Shown one piece after another: positions 35,851 to 49,795 of a stretch of DNA of 64,000 nt. The stretch lies in NCBI GenBank assembly GCA_964252035.1, contig OZ176203.1. The stretch is one strand, 5' to 3'. Below the pieces are notes generated by a model. It made no database searches, was not told the origin of the DNA, and was given only the letters and a program-made list of their open reading frames with translations. Both the position numbers and the translations under genes were made by a program. The stretch comes from Podarcis erhardii (Eukaryota). Numbering within the stretch: the first letter of the stretch is position 1; each line of letters starts with the position of its first letter.

Positions 35851-38039
35851 CTGTGTTTATCTGCTTCCGTGTGAACTCTTTGGGTTTGTTTTTGATGCTT
35901 GCAGAGTACCATATTGTTCATTACTGATGTCTAAATTTCTGTTTTATCGTGTGTGTGTTTTTATCCTGCCCTTCCTCATATGGTTTCCCTTCATAACAAA
36001 CCTATGGGGTCAGTTAGACTGACAGATTAGGACCAACCCAAGTGGAGCTTCACATTTGGGGGTGGGATGGATTTGGGCATTGCTGCCATTTCTTCTCTCT
36101 CTGTATGTTTGCTATTGCAGTGTCTCATTTGGTCTGAGCACATTCCAACCGGTATTTCAGGACTTTTTCACCCCAGTGGGAGAGATTTTAAGCATGTGCT
36201 CAGCCATCCCAGTAAAATCAAGGAGACATCAATATACTGAACTTGGGGTGGATTGTGCCAAGTATGTTTTGGCAAGATCCCCTCTTGTTGCACTATTTGT
36301 TGTATTGGTTCTATTCAGTGTAATTTACTGTGGTTTGGATTCTGGAAGTTTGTCTGTGAGGTACAGATGTGAGGTGACCCTGTGCTTTCACAGGTCTTTC
36401 AGTTTCGGTGAGTTTTATGAGAATGAGTTCCCCACTGCTACTAAAGAAATAATTATTTCTCCTTTTGAAGCATACAATTTTAATTGCATTACAAATAAAA
36501 AACAAGTTATTATCCTTTCAGACTATTAAAAGCTGTTTTATAACAAACCGCAAAAGTCCCAAGAATCAACTAGAGGGGGGGGGGACAAGTCAAAGTCAAA
36601 GTGAATGTTTTATTTTTTGTGTACGTCATTTTAAAAGATCATTGATAGAATGATAATTTCATCCCTCTAAGCATTGCCAAATCTGTACTTGCCGTAGTTT
36701 GACTTTAAAATCCATTTCAGAGTTGGACAAATTTCAGACTGCTGTAGGCAGAATGACATTCAGCCCTATAATTTACTCCTCATTACCACAGCGACCAGGC
36801 AGAAGGGCATCCCAGTACAGTAAGATATTCTGGAAGCTAAAATTTATTAGTGATAACATTCAATAAGAGGAGGGGGAGAATATAAAAGGGGAGGGCAAAC
36901 TTCAGTCTTGATAGATCTACCAAAGAGAGTCAGGTGCAAAAGGTATACAGTTAGAATTAAAAAGCAAGAGTGCCTCTGAGCATGTTCTGTTTTCAGTAGG
37001 GGGCCTAAACTGAGCTCACAGTTCTTTCACATAAAAGTCAATTCCTGGAAAGTCAATCATTTCAGCAGTCTGATTTAGGTGGGAAAAGTCATATTGTTGT
37101 TGTTTTGGTTGAACAGCTGGAAGCCAGAGAACCTTGTCAATCTGCTACAAATCATCCAGAGACCAGTAAATTCTGATCTATCCTCTGTCCATTCCTGTTA
37201 TAGGGAATCTTGGAAACTGAAAACTATCATTTCTCTTGATAAGCAAAATTCTGACTTCTTAGGATAGACAGTTTGAGAGGAAAGGCAGCAACTATAAATG
37301 AGCTGTCTTTGCCACATATTTGATCATCTTTCTGATTCATAGTATTATATTCTCCTTTCCTTCACCCACAGCAAAACAAACTTAACTTGATTCATATCCT
37401 TAAAAAGGGGGGGGGGGAGAGACCATCCCCAAACATGAATTACTCACGTGGTTATGATTAAGTTATTGGCACAGAACCTTGCCCCCTTGAGCTCCTCCTC
37501 CTTATACCCTGATGACTCCCTGTCTCAGTCATTGAATATTTACACAACTTCATTTCAAAACTCTCATTGAGTAGCTTTTTAAAATGGAGGATTAAAAAAC
37601 AACAGTGTTTCCAAGGAGTTATGATACTTAAGTCTACAGACGTTAAAAAGTGTTAAACACGCAGTATAATGATACAAACAAAAAAATTATTTCAGTGAGA
37701 TGAAAGAAGGAATCTTTATATTTCTCAAGTAATGCAATTCTTCAGTGAATAATCTGCCAATGGTTCTTTCATAATGAAAATCTGTGTGTGTGTGTAAAAA
37801 CATTTTGTGGAGGAAGAAAAACTTTACATCCCATAATGGAAATTTCAAGGTTCCTAACAACATGCATGAAAACAGAAATCTCAGTAAAATAGCATAAAAA
37901 ACAATAAACAAGAATCTATTTGTTACAGTAAGTAAATCACATAGATAAAAAGGATGCAAGTCAGCTGTGGACTTGCTTGCGCAAATCAGGGTGGGTGGGG
38001 AAGAGAAAACAAATTCAATTCTTACTGCTTTCATTGGGT

Positions 38040-38185
38040 TTCCTGTGGGTGGTGGTGTTATTGGTTTGGTTTGTTCTTGTTTTTATTATGTATTTTGTGT
38101 TTTTATCTTGTATTTTTATGCTGTGAACTGCCCTGAGATCTACGGCTGAAGGGTGGAATACAAATATTAAAAATGAAATAACATA
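38040..38185 (+). mobile_element. L2 3' UTR/tail relic
   Basis: T-rich stretch followed by TGTGAACTGCCCTGAGATCT...GAAGGGTGG..TACAAAT and an A-rich tail. Confidence 0.6.
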
Positions 38186-38316
38186 AAATAATATTTGAAG
38201 TCTTAAAATTTTGTTTTAAAGTTTTGAAAGTTGTGCTTGTTTGTTTGTTTCTGAGCCACTTTGGGGGGGCCTCCTCTGGCTGAAAGGCAGCATAAAAATA
38301 AACTTAAATGTATATA

Positions 38317-38546
38317 CAGTCATACCTTTGGTTGCGAACGTGATCTGTGCAGGAGGCACATTCACAAACCACATCGTTCGTAGCCTGAAGTGCCGCTTCT
38401 GCTCATGCGCGTGATGTTATTTTGTGTTGTTGTGCATGCGCGAGCGCTGAAACCTGGAAGTAACCTGTTCCAGCACTTCCAGGTTCGGCACGGTCCACAA
38501 CCCGAAAATGCGCAACCTGCAGCGTTTGTAGCCCGAGGTATGACTG
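38317..38546. mobile_element. Tc1/mariner (Tigger-like) MITE (230 bp)
   Basis: TIRs CAGTCATACCTTTGGTTGCGAACG / CGTTTGTAGCCCGAGGTATGACTG with TA on both sides (38315-16, 38547-48); residual CpG richness. Confidence 0.9.
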
Positions 38547-38729
38547 TAACATAATATGAAAGACTAGATAACTCTATAACTACAGCTGCCTGACATGTTG
38601 TTCAAAAGCTGTCTATTACTATTGGAAATCCTACTTGGCTTTTGGAAAAGTTCACTATGTGTCTGTTGTCAGCATTGCCTTTTTAAGGTGCATTTTCACA
38701 GAAACCTGTTTGGTTTTAGGATGAATGTT

Positions 38730-38995
38730 GAGATTCTTTGCTTGGTGCAGCCCAGCTGGTGCTGCCCTGTGATGGGGGCTTCTTCATAGCAGTGCCCAGC
38801 TTATGGAGTCCCCTCCTCTCTGGTGAACTGCATCTGTCCCCCTTATTATTAGCATTGAGGCAGAAGCTTAAAACGTTCCTGTTTACCCAAGCATTGTCAA
38901 AAGACATTGCTTCTAGCAACTTTGGAATTTTTAGTTGTGTAGATATTTGGTTTGTCTGAAACATTTTTCAAAAATTTGGATTGTTTTTATTGCCT
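38730..38995 (+). mobile_element. L2 3' end relic
   Basis: Translates to GFFIAVPSLWSPL...LALRQKLKTFLFTQAL, the L2 ORF2 terminus. Confidence 0.7.
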
Positions 38996-40540
38996 CGTTC
39001 CCTGCTGCCTATGGCTCATTTGGGAGGAAGGATAATCATCATCATCATCATCATCTGTTCCTGGTGCTAAATGTGGTGTTTTTGTATTTTTTGTAAAAAT
39101 ACAGTAAATAAATATATGAAGATACAAATATGCATAGCCCCTACTATAGTCACCCTAATAATGAATCTTAAATAACTTAGTGCTACATTAAGAATATATC
39201 AGTTTATCATTTTAGATTTCTGACCTTTTAAATCCAATTCAGTTCATGTGAAGAGTTATAGGTATGTAATACCTATTGATTTGCCAAATGCAGGTTATTA
39301 GAATTTGGATCACTTTTTTTTTTTTTTTTAAAGTAAAGCCACAGTATTCACAGTAAAGCCACAATGAACAAGCCTTCCCAGAGGGGTCCCATCAGCCACA
39401 CAACCTGAAATGTAGTGGATGCAAGATGCAGAAAATAGAGGAGGTAGCTTCTCTTTGCAGTTCCTTTACAAAGATATGAAGGAAGAAGAGACTGAGGGAA
39501 GAAGTAAAGAAGGCACTTGCCTTTTCTTCTCCCACCCTCCTTACCTTGCAGGTGTTGGGTTCTCCAGAGATGAAAGACAGGTACCAGGTTGTTGTTTTTT
39601 AATGGTTCCTAATTGGGTAGGGCTAAGAATTCATAATCATTACAAGAGACAGGAATGTGATACATATTAAGAAACATCTCTCTTAGTACTTTTAAGAGAA
39701 CACGGAAGGAGCCAAACACCTGCAAGGAGTGAGGGAAGCAAAGCCCCTTGGGGTTGCATGCAGGCATTTTGTATACAAATTTAGGCAAATATCAACTTCT
39801 CTTCTATCTTCCGTATATTCGTTGGATGCTGGTCTCTACTTGCAGAGCCCCAGCCCCAGAATGTTATTGAAAATGTAATTCACCTAGGAGGGGACTTACG
39901 TTGTGAATGTTGCTAATATGTTTCCTGGTTACTCTAGTTATACTTCTTTGCTTGCATAGAGTAAGTCTGTTGTGGCATAAGCTTCCATGGGTCAGATGCA
40001 TCAAGTAGCCCGACAAATGCATTTTTACCCCATGAAAGCTAATGTCACAGTAAATATGTTTTTGGTCTTTCTGACCAAAAGTTGGCAAAGCCTTGACATG
40101 ATAATAGAAATGGAAAGCATTTAGTGCAACATGTTTTAGCAAGATGCCTTCTTCAGAGGTGCTACGAGATAACAAATTATATTTCAGGATACTTAATATA
40201 AAAGTACCCACTAACTCAATTTGAACAAAGCACCCACAAGCATAACATGAAAAAATGGAAGTATTTAAAATCAATGTAATTGCATAATATAAGCCTTGAA
40301 ATGCTTTTGAAAATTTAAAATATGTTAATAAAAAAATTACTGGTGACTAATAACCAGAGCATGAATCATATAAAATATTTACAAGTTATTCAGCACCAAA
40401 AAGGTATATAAAACAGAATGTGTGTTTGTAGTGTGTAAATATTTGGTTTATATATTTACATAAAAAGACAGTCTGTAACCCTGTGCTCACTTAGATGAAT
40501 TCAGTGGGGCTCAACTTTGAATAGACCAGTTTTTGCCATC

Positions 40541-40620
40541 CTGGTACCCTCCAGATGTCTTGGGCTGCAAATCCCCTCGGCCCAGTCAGGATTTGTGGTC
40601 CAAAACATCTGGAGTACTTC
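40541..40620. mobile_element. Short palindromic MITE relic (same family as 28362-28704)
   Basis: CCCTCCAGATGTCTTGGGCTGCAAATCCC...GGATTTGTGGTCCAAAACATCTGGAG inverted arms. Confidence 0.6.
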
Positions 40621-40725
40621 ATTTATAAGACTGCACTATAGGAGTAAATAAAAGGAGGGGGGAAGAACAAATAAATGAACAAAATTGTCTGCTCTACCTT
40701 GTCGCTACTTGATTAGTAATTTAAT

Positions 40726-40806
40726 CTATAATCTTAACTCCACTTACTGGGAGAAAGCCCTATTGAATTCAGTAAGACTTCTGAGTTAACATGGTTAGGA
40801 TTGCAT
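40726..40806. repeat. ~90-bp palindromic interspersed repeat copy
   Basis: ATAATCTTAACTCCACTTACTGGGAGAAAGCCCTATTGAATTCAGTAAGACTTCTGAGTTAACATGGTTAGGATTGCA. Confidence 0.7.
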
Positions 40807-40829
40807 TGTTAATGTTTTGAGCAATTTCC

Positions 40830-42110
40830 TTGTTTAATGGGGAAACACTTCATGGAGCGGGGGGTGATAGGTGCTTCCGCCTGATACTTCTTCCCATTGA
40901 ACTCACTCCTATGCATGGTACTAATGGATGCCCTGCCACTGTTCCCAACTGTCTGGTGGTTCTATTGCTAAATGCCAGTTCAGTCTGTAATAAAACCATG
41001 CTGATCCATGATGTGATTGTTGATGAGCATGCAGATCTGATCTGTATCACCAAGACCTGGGTGGGGGAGCTGGGTGGACCAGATCTGACTCAGCTCTGCC
41101 TACCCTGGTACTCCATATGACATCAGCCCAGACGGGAGTGGTGGAGGAAAGTGTGAATGTAGTCCATAGGAGTTCACTTCCCATCACCAGGAAACCCATC
41201 TCTCTTTGAGCAGGGCTGTAGGGCCTGCATCTGGTGCTGAGCCAAAGAGACAGGTTAGGGATGCTGTTGATGCACAACCAACCTGCTGCTTATCCCTGAG
41301 TAAACTAGCTGAGGTTATCTCGGGTGTGGTGTTGGAGGAGCACATAACTGTGGTTTTGGGTGACTTCAACATTCATTCTGAAAATGTCTACGGTTCTACT
41401 CAGTAGTTCATGGCCTCCATGCCAACCATGGACCAGGCATGGGCTAGAGTGTAAGTGGCATAAATTGTGCTCAGAAGCAGACCAGTCATGTGTTTGGGCT
41501 CATAATTGGTCTTACCACATGACGGTGAGAGCAGTGCTTGAGGAGCTGTCCAGCAGAGTTGTTCCATATGGTCTGAAGGCTGCTTACTCCTGACCAGGGG
41601 CAAATCAGGAGAGACTGTGAAAGTTCTGGATTGGTGTCTGAGCACAGCGATGGTCTGGATGAAGGTCAATAAACTACATGAATCCTGGGGGAATTGAGCT
41701 GCTTCAGGTGGATTCCTGTTTCTAGGAGATAGGTAGATTGCCTGTTCTGGATGGCGTTGCACACCTTCTGAAGGAACAAGTCTGTAGTTTGGGGGTACTC
41801 CTTGCTACATTTGCCACTAGAGACCCAAGTGTCCTCTGTGGCTACAAGTGCCTCTTACCAGCTTTGTCTGGTTTGCCAGCTATAGCTATTCTTGGACAGG
41901 GGTACCCTGATCATTGTAGCCCATGTGTTACCTTGAGGTTGGGTTACTGTAGAACACTCTTCCAATAGAGATTCAGCAGAAGCCTTCTGTTTCAGCTTTT
42001 AAACGCCTGTTGAAAAGTTTTATATTCCATCACGTTAACGCAGGCATTTAAGAATACATCTTCCCACAGTAGATATCTGATTTCTGATTTTAAATTTGTA
42101 TATGATTTTT
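40830..42110 (+). mobile_element. L2-clade LINE relic: APE endonuclease plus RT C-terminus and 3' end
   Basis: Endonuclease motifs LLLNASSVCNK...ADLICITKTW and VVLGDFNIH; C-terminal PVLDGVAHLLKEQVCSLGVLL and LRLGYC; interrupted by stops and frameshifts. Confidence 0.85.
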
Positions 42111-45100
42111 ACTGAATGGCTGTATAGATAATATTTTTTATGAATCAGTGGTGTATATATATATATATTTTTATAAATAGCTAAATGCCCATCCAACCTC
42201 TTTCTTCCTGATACGTGTACCAAAACGTTATGTATCATGAGGGAAATGGTTGAGGTTGAGAATGGACAAGTGTGCAAGTTAAAGAAACCTAGTTTCTCAA
42301 AGCACTGGAGATAAAACATTCTGACGGCTTATCTTGTGCATGTCTATTCAGAGGGAACACACTTTGCTTAGTAGTGTTTTTGTCGAAGTAGATGTACACA
42401 GAGTTGGAGCCAGAGTTACCTAAATATTGTGAAGAAAGGGATGGACAAATCTTAATTCTGAGAAAGTCAGATGGGATGGGATGGTGTACTACACAATGTG
42501 ATCTTGCTCTTCTGCTCCCTTGACTGTATAACAAGATACAGAGTTTTCTTGGAGCAGGGTGCACACGTAGACATGGTTCTCCCTTGGTTGTAAGATAACA
42601 ATGTACTTGGATCTGAAATATTGATGGGTTGAGTCAGATTTTTATCACAATCAAATCTTCGTTTATAACAGTATGTTATGTCATGCAGCAAATTGCTGAT
42701 CCCCCTAGCTTTGCAACCAATTCTCTCTGTGACATAGAATCACAGCTGCTGGCTGAGCAGCACTGAAGTTGCAGTGAGATGCAGTTCCTTGTTATAGCTG
42801 GTGCACGATCCTTATATTTCTGTATTTGGGCCACTAGGGTGTTAATATAGATGGGCTTCAAGACACTCTTCTGGAGTGTGATTTATAGAATTCTATTAAC
42901 ACATTAGTTAAGAACATCATATAATTTGTATCATTTTTTTGAAGCAAGAGAAGGCTTTAGGTTGCAAAATTCTAATTTGGTTTAGTGTTCCCAAAGAATC
43001 TTATTTGGTTGGAAATTCTGTAAAAAGGAGACACGTTTTATAAAAGCAACACTCCATTAAAAAAATCAATGTCCTTTTTCTTTGGGATTGTCCACATTTG
43101 AGAATTATTTCACCATTAATCCACTCCCACCCATCCCCATTCAAATTAGACCAGAGTAGTCCACATGTATTTAAATTTATATAGGCATGTATTTAAATTT
43201 ATATAGGAGGAGAAACTTCAGTCTTTCTTTCCATGTTTAATAAATTCTTCTTGCAAATGCTACTTAGTGTAAAAGGGGGGGCATCCTATTTACTGGATTC
43301 TAGCAATCTTGAGACCAAAACTGCACTGTAATCCCTAAATTTCTTGTGTGCCTTGGTCACCTGCCTAATTGTTGCGTTTGTTGCTGTTTACAATTTGCTG
43401 GATGAAGTTATCTTTCCTGTGACAGAGGTTATATGGGTGCAAGACGAAGATGGTTGTTTGCATCATTATATATTTATTAAAATGTATAGACTAATGTAAA
43501 GTCTAGGGAGGTTAATTTAAGGGGGATTTGTTTGTATTTCTTTGTGTCTTGTTTTACTGTGTTTTTACCTTTTCATTCTGATGTGTTAAGAATTTACCTG
43601 GAGTAGTTATTGTAGATGGACTTGTGTATGTGTGTAGAATCTCAGTAAGAAAGTGAGAGCAATGTGTCTTACAAGACAATAGCTCTTTTATGGTGCATAT
43701 GTTTTAAATAAATACACAGTCCTCAGAACTTGTAAGCAGATTCTGTTAAAAGTTGATGTGAGTTCAGTTTCATACAGATTATCCTTAGAATTGTAAGAAA
43801 ACACTGTTCAAATTTAAATTACCTTGAATTTCTTCTTAAGTGTAATGGATAAGATTTAAAAGAAGCTTTAAAATAACCTTCGAAGCTTTTGTTTGATTTA
43901 AAGACATAGCTTGATATTTATATATATGCTGTAATGTTGGTATTGCCAAGAACCACCAAGTACTAACATGCCTTAAATCAATTCCATATCATCATTTATG
44001 AAAGGCATTTGCTGGTTTTAATATGAAATGTATTTATTATAAGGTGTTTATTATAAGGGTGTTCTGACATAATAACTTAAAAGTTAAATGCCTTTATTTC
44101 CAGAAATTATTTTCCCCAAAAGCAATAAAAAATAAACTGGAAAGGGTAGCCTATAAAAGGGTGATGTGTTAAAATATTTTAACAAACAAACAAACAAACA
44201 AACATTTTCTTGGCTGTAAAGTATGCCTTGTATATTTCATTCTACTGCAACTATGTGACACAACTAAGTAGTAATGCATCTGTGACATGTCATGGTTGCA
44301 GCAAAGTGAAATCACAGATAATATATTTGGAATTGGCAGTCCAGAGTTGGTTGATTGGAAATATATTTTGAAATATATAAATAGGTGTTTCTCTGGGGGC
44401 ATTATAATTTTTTCATGTAATTTGTATAAAGCTGAGCTTTAATAGGATCTACAACTAGGTTATTAGACTGGTTCATATGTATGCATTAATTTATTTGCTT
44501 TCTAAGTCTGGCTCCTGCTCTAGTCAGGCAGGTACCAACATGGCTGTTTAGAGTGATCCAAGATTGTGATGTGATGTTTGCACACATTGTAGCTTATTCA
44601 AACAGAATATTTTTCTCTGTGGCATGTTGTGCTCTGGAGATAATTCTGGTGTAAAAAGCAGTTACTCCAGGACAAGCTGTTCTGATTTAGTCTGGGATAT
44701 CAAATTCCTGCATTGCTATCCCAGGATATGAAAGCACTCCAGAGTAATTTTAATGCATTTTCTGAATATAGCATAAGGCTTTTTGAGTCATACCTATAAG
44801 GGGTTATTCTTTCCCCTGCTAAAGAGGGCTGTTGTTCTGTGGGGGCAAGGCAACTTGAGTCATCTCTTATGGTTTGTCCTGGCATATGGTTCGTGCCCAT
44901 AAATTGGGATTGGCCAACTATAACAGGAGGACGAAACATTACAAGGTACTCCAGTTTTTACAGCAGCTGCAGTAACCATATGATGCTTTTAACCATATGC
45001 AAATCTTCAGGTTCAGAACTAAATTACATATCTTATATATTTTGACTTTATTAGAGCAGTACTGAAATAGCTGTTTTACAGCATCAATGTTTTGTGAAAA

Positions 45101-45649
45101 TTTGGAGTAGCAGTACTGAAAAAGTGATTTTATTCTATTATTGTTTGAGGCTAGTAAATAATAGAATTAAATGCATGGAATGAAATTCAGAGTATCATGA
45201 ATTAAGAGTAACTGTTTTTCTAAACATGAGAATATACTTGATTGTCACCAATCTGCATATAAAATAATTGTTCAAGTTGATATTCAGGCTAATATACACA
45301 CACACATCTAATTACGTTCATGAAGAATAAATAATGTGGTTTGTGGTGGTGCAAGTTTCTTTCCTTAAGATCATAATGTTGTTAATCGTACCTGATTGCT
45401 TGTTTCTATGAAATGGGTCAGTTTTAAGTGATCACTAATTAAGTGAAAGCAGGAAAATTGGCAGGGCAGCGGGCAGCATAAATAGGTGTAATGTATTTAT
45501 AAAACAAGATTTTAGGGGTCCTGACTAATTTTCATGTGTAGTAGACATTGTTCTGAATTTGTGTGTCTGCATGAAGCGAGGGAGTTTCCTGCTTTAAAGC
45601 ACTTAACAGCAGTCAGCCTGGGCGTTTTCATTTTGTACTCACTGCTTCC

Positions 45650-45815
45650 CCCTCCCAATGAGTGTCCTTTGTGTAACCCCAACTAATTCAGAAATCTCTC
45701 TGCTGTAGTGAGGACTGCCCTGTCATGTGACTGAGGCAACTAGTTGCAGCCTGTGATTGGGCAAGAGCTAATTGGCGGCTGTGTATAAGAACTCCCTGCC
45801 TTCGAGTTAGTAGAA
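45650..45815 (+). promoter_or_regulatory. Candidate internal core promoter
   Basis: GTCATGTGAC (45722-31), two ATTGG boxes (45756-60, 45771-75) and TATAAGA (45784-90) in promoter order, within a TE-free block. Confidence 0.55.
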
Positions 45816-46099
45816 GCTTTCCTCGCTCGCATTGCTTAGTTACATGTAGTTTGTAATGATGAGACTAGGCGGTGATTCAGCAACATGTGATAAAGTTTAA
45901 CACTCATGTGGGCTTGACCAAGCCAAATGGTAGACAATAAAGCCAGCTGCAGCCAATTTGGATTAATGAGCGTCACCTTGGAGTTTGGTAACTGTCACTT
46001 TAAGATTGCTTACTATTTTCAGAAGACTGCAGTTAAGAATCTTTGACAGGAACTTGTCTGAGCCTCTTTTCCTTTGTCGTTACCTTGTTTTTATCACAG

Positions 46100-46276
46100 G
46101 AATGGAGTGCTGATGACTCTTTACTCTGGAACATAACTGTAGGGGGAGAAACTTTCATGCTGCCTTCTGACAAAGGCATTTTGCAATCTGTCTTGTCTAG
46201 CTGTAGTGCTGAACGCTTTTTAGTTAACGGAAGCTGTAAAATCTTTTCACCAGGAAGTATTATTTGCTCGGCATGG
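46100..46276 (+). other. Candidate 177-nt exon, open in phase 0 (59 codons)
   Basis: Long pyrimidine tract ending TCACAG (AG at 46098-99) and donor TGG|GTAAGT (46276/46277). Translates EWSADDSLLW...GSIICSAW with no stop. Confidence 0.6.
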
Positions 46277-49200
46277 GTAAGTGAGAAGTGGTGCTACCTA
46301 CTGCAACAGATAGTCTGTTATTTTGTGTTTAAAATTACATCCGGATTTCCATGTTTCTAAGTAATAACTGAATTGAAATGGAGAATAGAAATGATTTGTT
46401 TAATCTGTTTTGGTGTAGCATGTTTTTAAAAAACATTGAGATGTTTCTGTGGTGATGTTTTAGGGAAGAGGCATGCAACTGATTGAAAAGGTAAATGTTT
46501 TTCAGGATTTTTTTGTGGGGAGGCAGGAAATTGTTAATTGGAAATTGAATAGTATGTTCTTCCTCCAATGCAGAACTATTTTGTACTGTCTGTCTAAATG
46601 CATAATAAGCTGTCTTTAGAAAGGAAAGAGACTCTAGTTAAACTGCTAGTTTTTCTTTCCACTGACTACTTGCAACATACTTACTGACAGGAAGACATCT
46701 TGAAATATCAGTCTGTCATGTTCTAATACAAAAAGGTTAGCACAAATTGGCACCCCATTTCAATAACAATTATTTTATTTTTTATAAAGTGGAACTTGTT
46801 GAATATGTTGACACTAAAGCCGCAGAGAAAAGCAAGTACATAGTACAGGACATAACAAACCTGAAAGAGTGTTCATAAGTTTTGAATGAAGTTCCAGTAT
46901 AATAAAAATGTCATGAGCTAACAGAAAAATATTTTTCTCTGTTAGTCATACTTCCTTCAATTAGCTCATTTTCAGATTTTTCTTAGAACATGTTGTGTTG
47001 AAACAAATAGAGGAAACAATTACCTTTTAGTCAATAACATTAAGTTTACTTAAATTGCAGGGTAGACTTCTGTGTAGTAATATCTCACCTTTATTTTTCA
47101 GTTTATTTTAATTATACTTTTGAAGGAAATGACTTAATTGAGGCTGGTCTAGGTAAAGACTGTGTAAAATGTTCTGTCTCTAGTCTTAATCAGTTCTTTT
47201 CTCCCCCCCCCCCTTGTTTGTATAGCCAGGGTTAATTGTTTTAGTGATGTTTTCAGTACTCCATTGTTTGAGACACATGGCAAAAGGTAGAAAGGACCTG
47301 CTTTTGTTCTATATTTTTCTAACACTTTTCAGAATAGTTCCTTCTTTTTTCCTACTAAATGCTCACAGAGTCCTTTCAGTAAAAATATAGATTGCTGTCT
47401 AAAAGGTAAAAAATAAGCAGGAAATTCTTAATAAGAGGAGCAATAAAAAAAAAGGACTTTCAGATAAGCATGCATTTTAACAGCCTTGTTCCCTAGTAAA
47501 TCAGGAAGAATGAGAACCCCACCTTGGCAATCATTCTTGTTCTAGTTAAGGTGTGTCCAATGAACACCTGGAAAAGGCTGCTTGCTAGTCTTAAGCAAAC
47601 TGTTTGGAAGCCTTCACAATGTATTTGCCACTCATAAAAGATAGCATTATAAGTGAAAACTTCCTATGTTAGCAATCTAAGAAACAGGTAATTTTATCCA
47701 TGCTCCTTCCACATTCTTGCACTTAAAGGAAGCAAGACATGTTGTCACTCAAAATTACCTTATCTTGTTTGATCACTGCACTTTGAAAAGTCTCTTCATG
47801 TGATGTATGTACCTGTTCTGAAGTATTAAAAGTGAAGACAGAGTTAAATGCTCTCCAAAGTGGCCTTCTCTGATCCCTAATTTTTCTTTGAAGCATTGTA
47901 TTTCTGTGGTGAATTTCAAATCCCACTTTGACCTCTGATGTAGTTGACAATGAGGAAGACTTAAAATGTGATTTTAATTAATGAACAGCAGTTCTTTCAT
48001 ATTCCGCTTGCCAGGAAGACCCTCTGAAAATCTGGATGCTGCAGTGAATGAGTGAAAGGGAACTTATAAAAGAGCCATTCTTTTAAAAATTGACTGGTTG
48101 GTGGTTGCTAGAAAAAGTGCCGCTAGAATTACAGTAATTGTAGTCATAAATAGATTGCCCAGTTTATTTGACCCACATATGTGTGTTCTGGGAACAGTTG
48201 AGAATCTATTATGTGAACAAAGTCAGATAACATTATTTGAGTACCTCTGAGGAAGTTCTGAACTCAAATGTTGTTTGAACTTGTCCTCATTCACAAGAGC
48301 AATTAACTCACCCCTCCCTGCCTAATAATAATATGAGTGTTTCAAGCAATATAGATTCTTCTCTTGCATCTTTTCATTGCTGGGGAAACCACTGCAATAT
48401 AACTTGAAAGGATCTCTTTAGAAAATGAATATAGTTGGTGTATGGTGCTCATCTTCTACCAATGTCCTTATCATGAGTACCTTCATGTGGATTTGGTGCC
48501 ACTGGGTTGCTAGTTGATTTTGGAAGATTCCTTGGAAATTCAGATTAGATGATCTGCATTTACACCTATATGAATGAAATAGCATAACAGTTTTTCATAA
48601 TATTTGGATCAGGGTTTTAGAACATCACTTCAAAATATCGCATTCTTTATATATCTGTTTTACAACACACAAAATACACTATACTGTGCAGGACTGTGGG
48701 TGTTTAAAAGACAAAGTTGGTGGCTCATTTGTAATCACCAAAGGATCATAAGAACCAATTTAGTGTCAATAAATTAACAGGGTAGGCCAAAGTGAGTCAT
48801 GGCCTTAGCTGTACTAGGATAGGCGATGGTTGTCTTATCAATAGGCAAAATCTGTCTTATAACAATCAAAAAATAGATTTAGAGCTCAGAAGTCTACCAG
48901 CAATGTCCCTACTTTTCACCCATTCCTTAATGGGCAATTATGTATGCAATGAAAATAATTAAAAGTTTCTGGCTGTCATCTTCCATAATTCCACGTGCCA
49001 TTCCAATTAATATACCATATCTATTTTCTGCCCATAAACGTCCCTCCTCCCAACTGTTGGCCATGACTAGTATGAGCAAGTTTCCATTCCTACTGCAGGA
49101 GAAATGTAGACCCTATTTAATGTAGACCTCACCTCTGCACTACGATGTACAAAATTAATGGAGCACCAAGCACCTTGGGGAATGCATTCATCTAACATGG

Positions 49201-49795
49201 TATGGCGGTAGCATACAAAGCAGGTGGAGCAAGCTGTTGGAAGTGGCTACAGACTTGCTGATTCTGTAAGCAAGTCATGTAATCCTAAAGTTGTAAAGTT
49301 ACTGGTTTAGCAATATATTTTTCATTTTCTGTAAACTGCTTTAAAGATTTTATTTTTATACAACCTAGTGGTTTATAAATTTTTTGAAACAAAGTATTAT
49401 AGAATGCGTATTGCAGTAGGGGAAAATGGGTAATGGTTTTGCTCTTCTGAGTTGCATGACATTTGCAAATTTTGAAACAGGCTACACATTAATCACACAT
49501 TTATCTTCTTCTTAACTACCTGAGCAGATAGGATCCATCTTACTTAAGCTTTCTGGAATAATTCTTTGAAAAGTGATAAATATATAAGTATTGTGGTTGT
49601 AGTAGTTCAGCAATTGTCCTTCCTGATTGAATTCTAATAGGTAAAGACTTCACAGTAGTTAAGCATTTCTAAGATGGTGCTGGTTGTTCCTTTTTAAAGA
49701 ATGAGTTATTCTCAAGTGCTGACATAGTCCAAGATAGTTCACTTTCATCCTGTTGATTGAACTGAAATAAAAATAGATGCCATCAGCTGTAAACT

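Noticed and set aside
36056-36529. 157-aa hydrophobic ORF resembling a membrane protein
   Set aside because: Starts at TTG, the hydrophobicity follows from T-rich intronic composition, and there is no splice or family support.
47723-47950. 75-aa minus-strand ORF and a p53-like half-site (AGACATGTTG)
   Set aside because: No homology recognised, and the motif is a single imperfect half-site.
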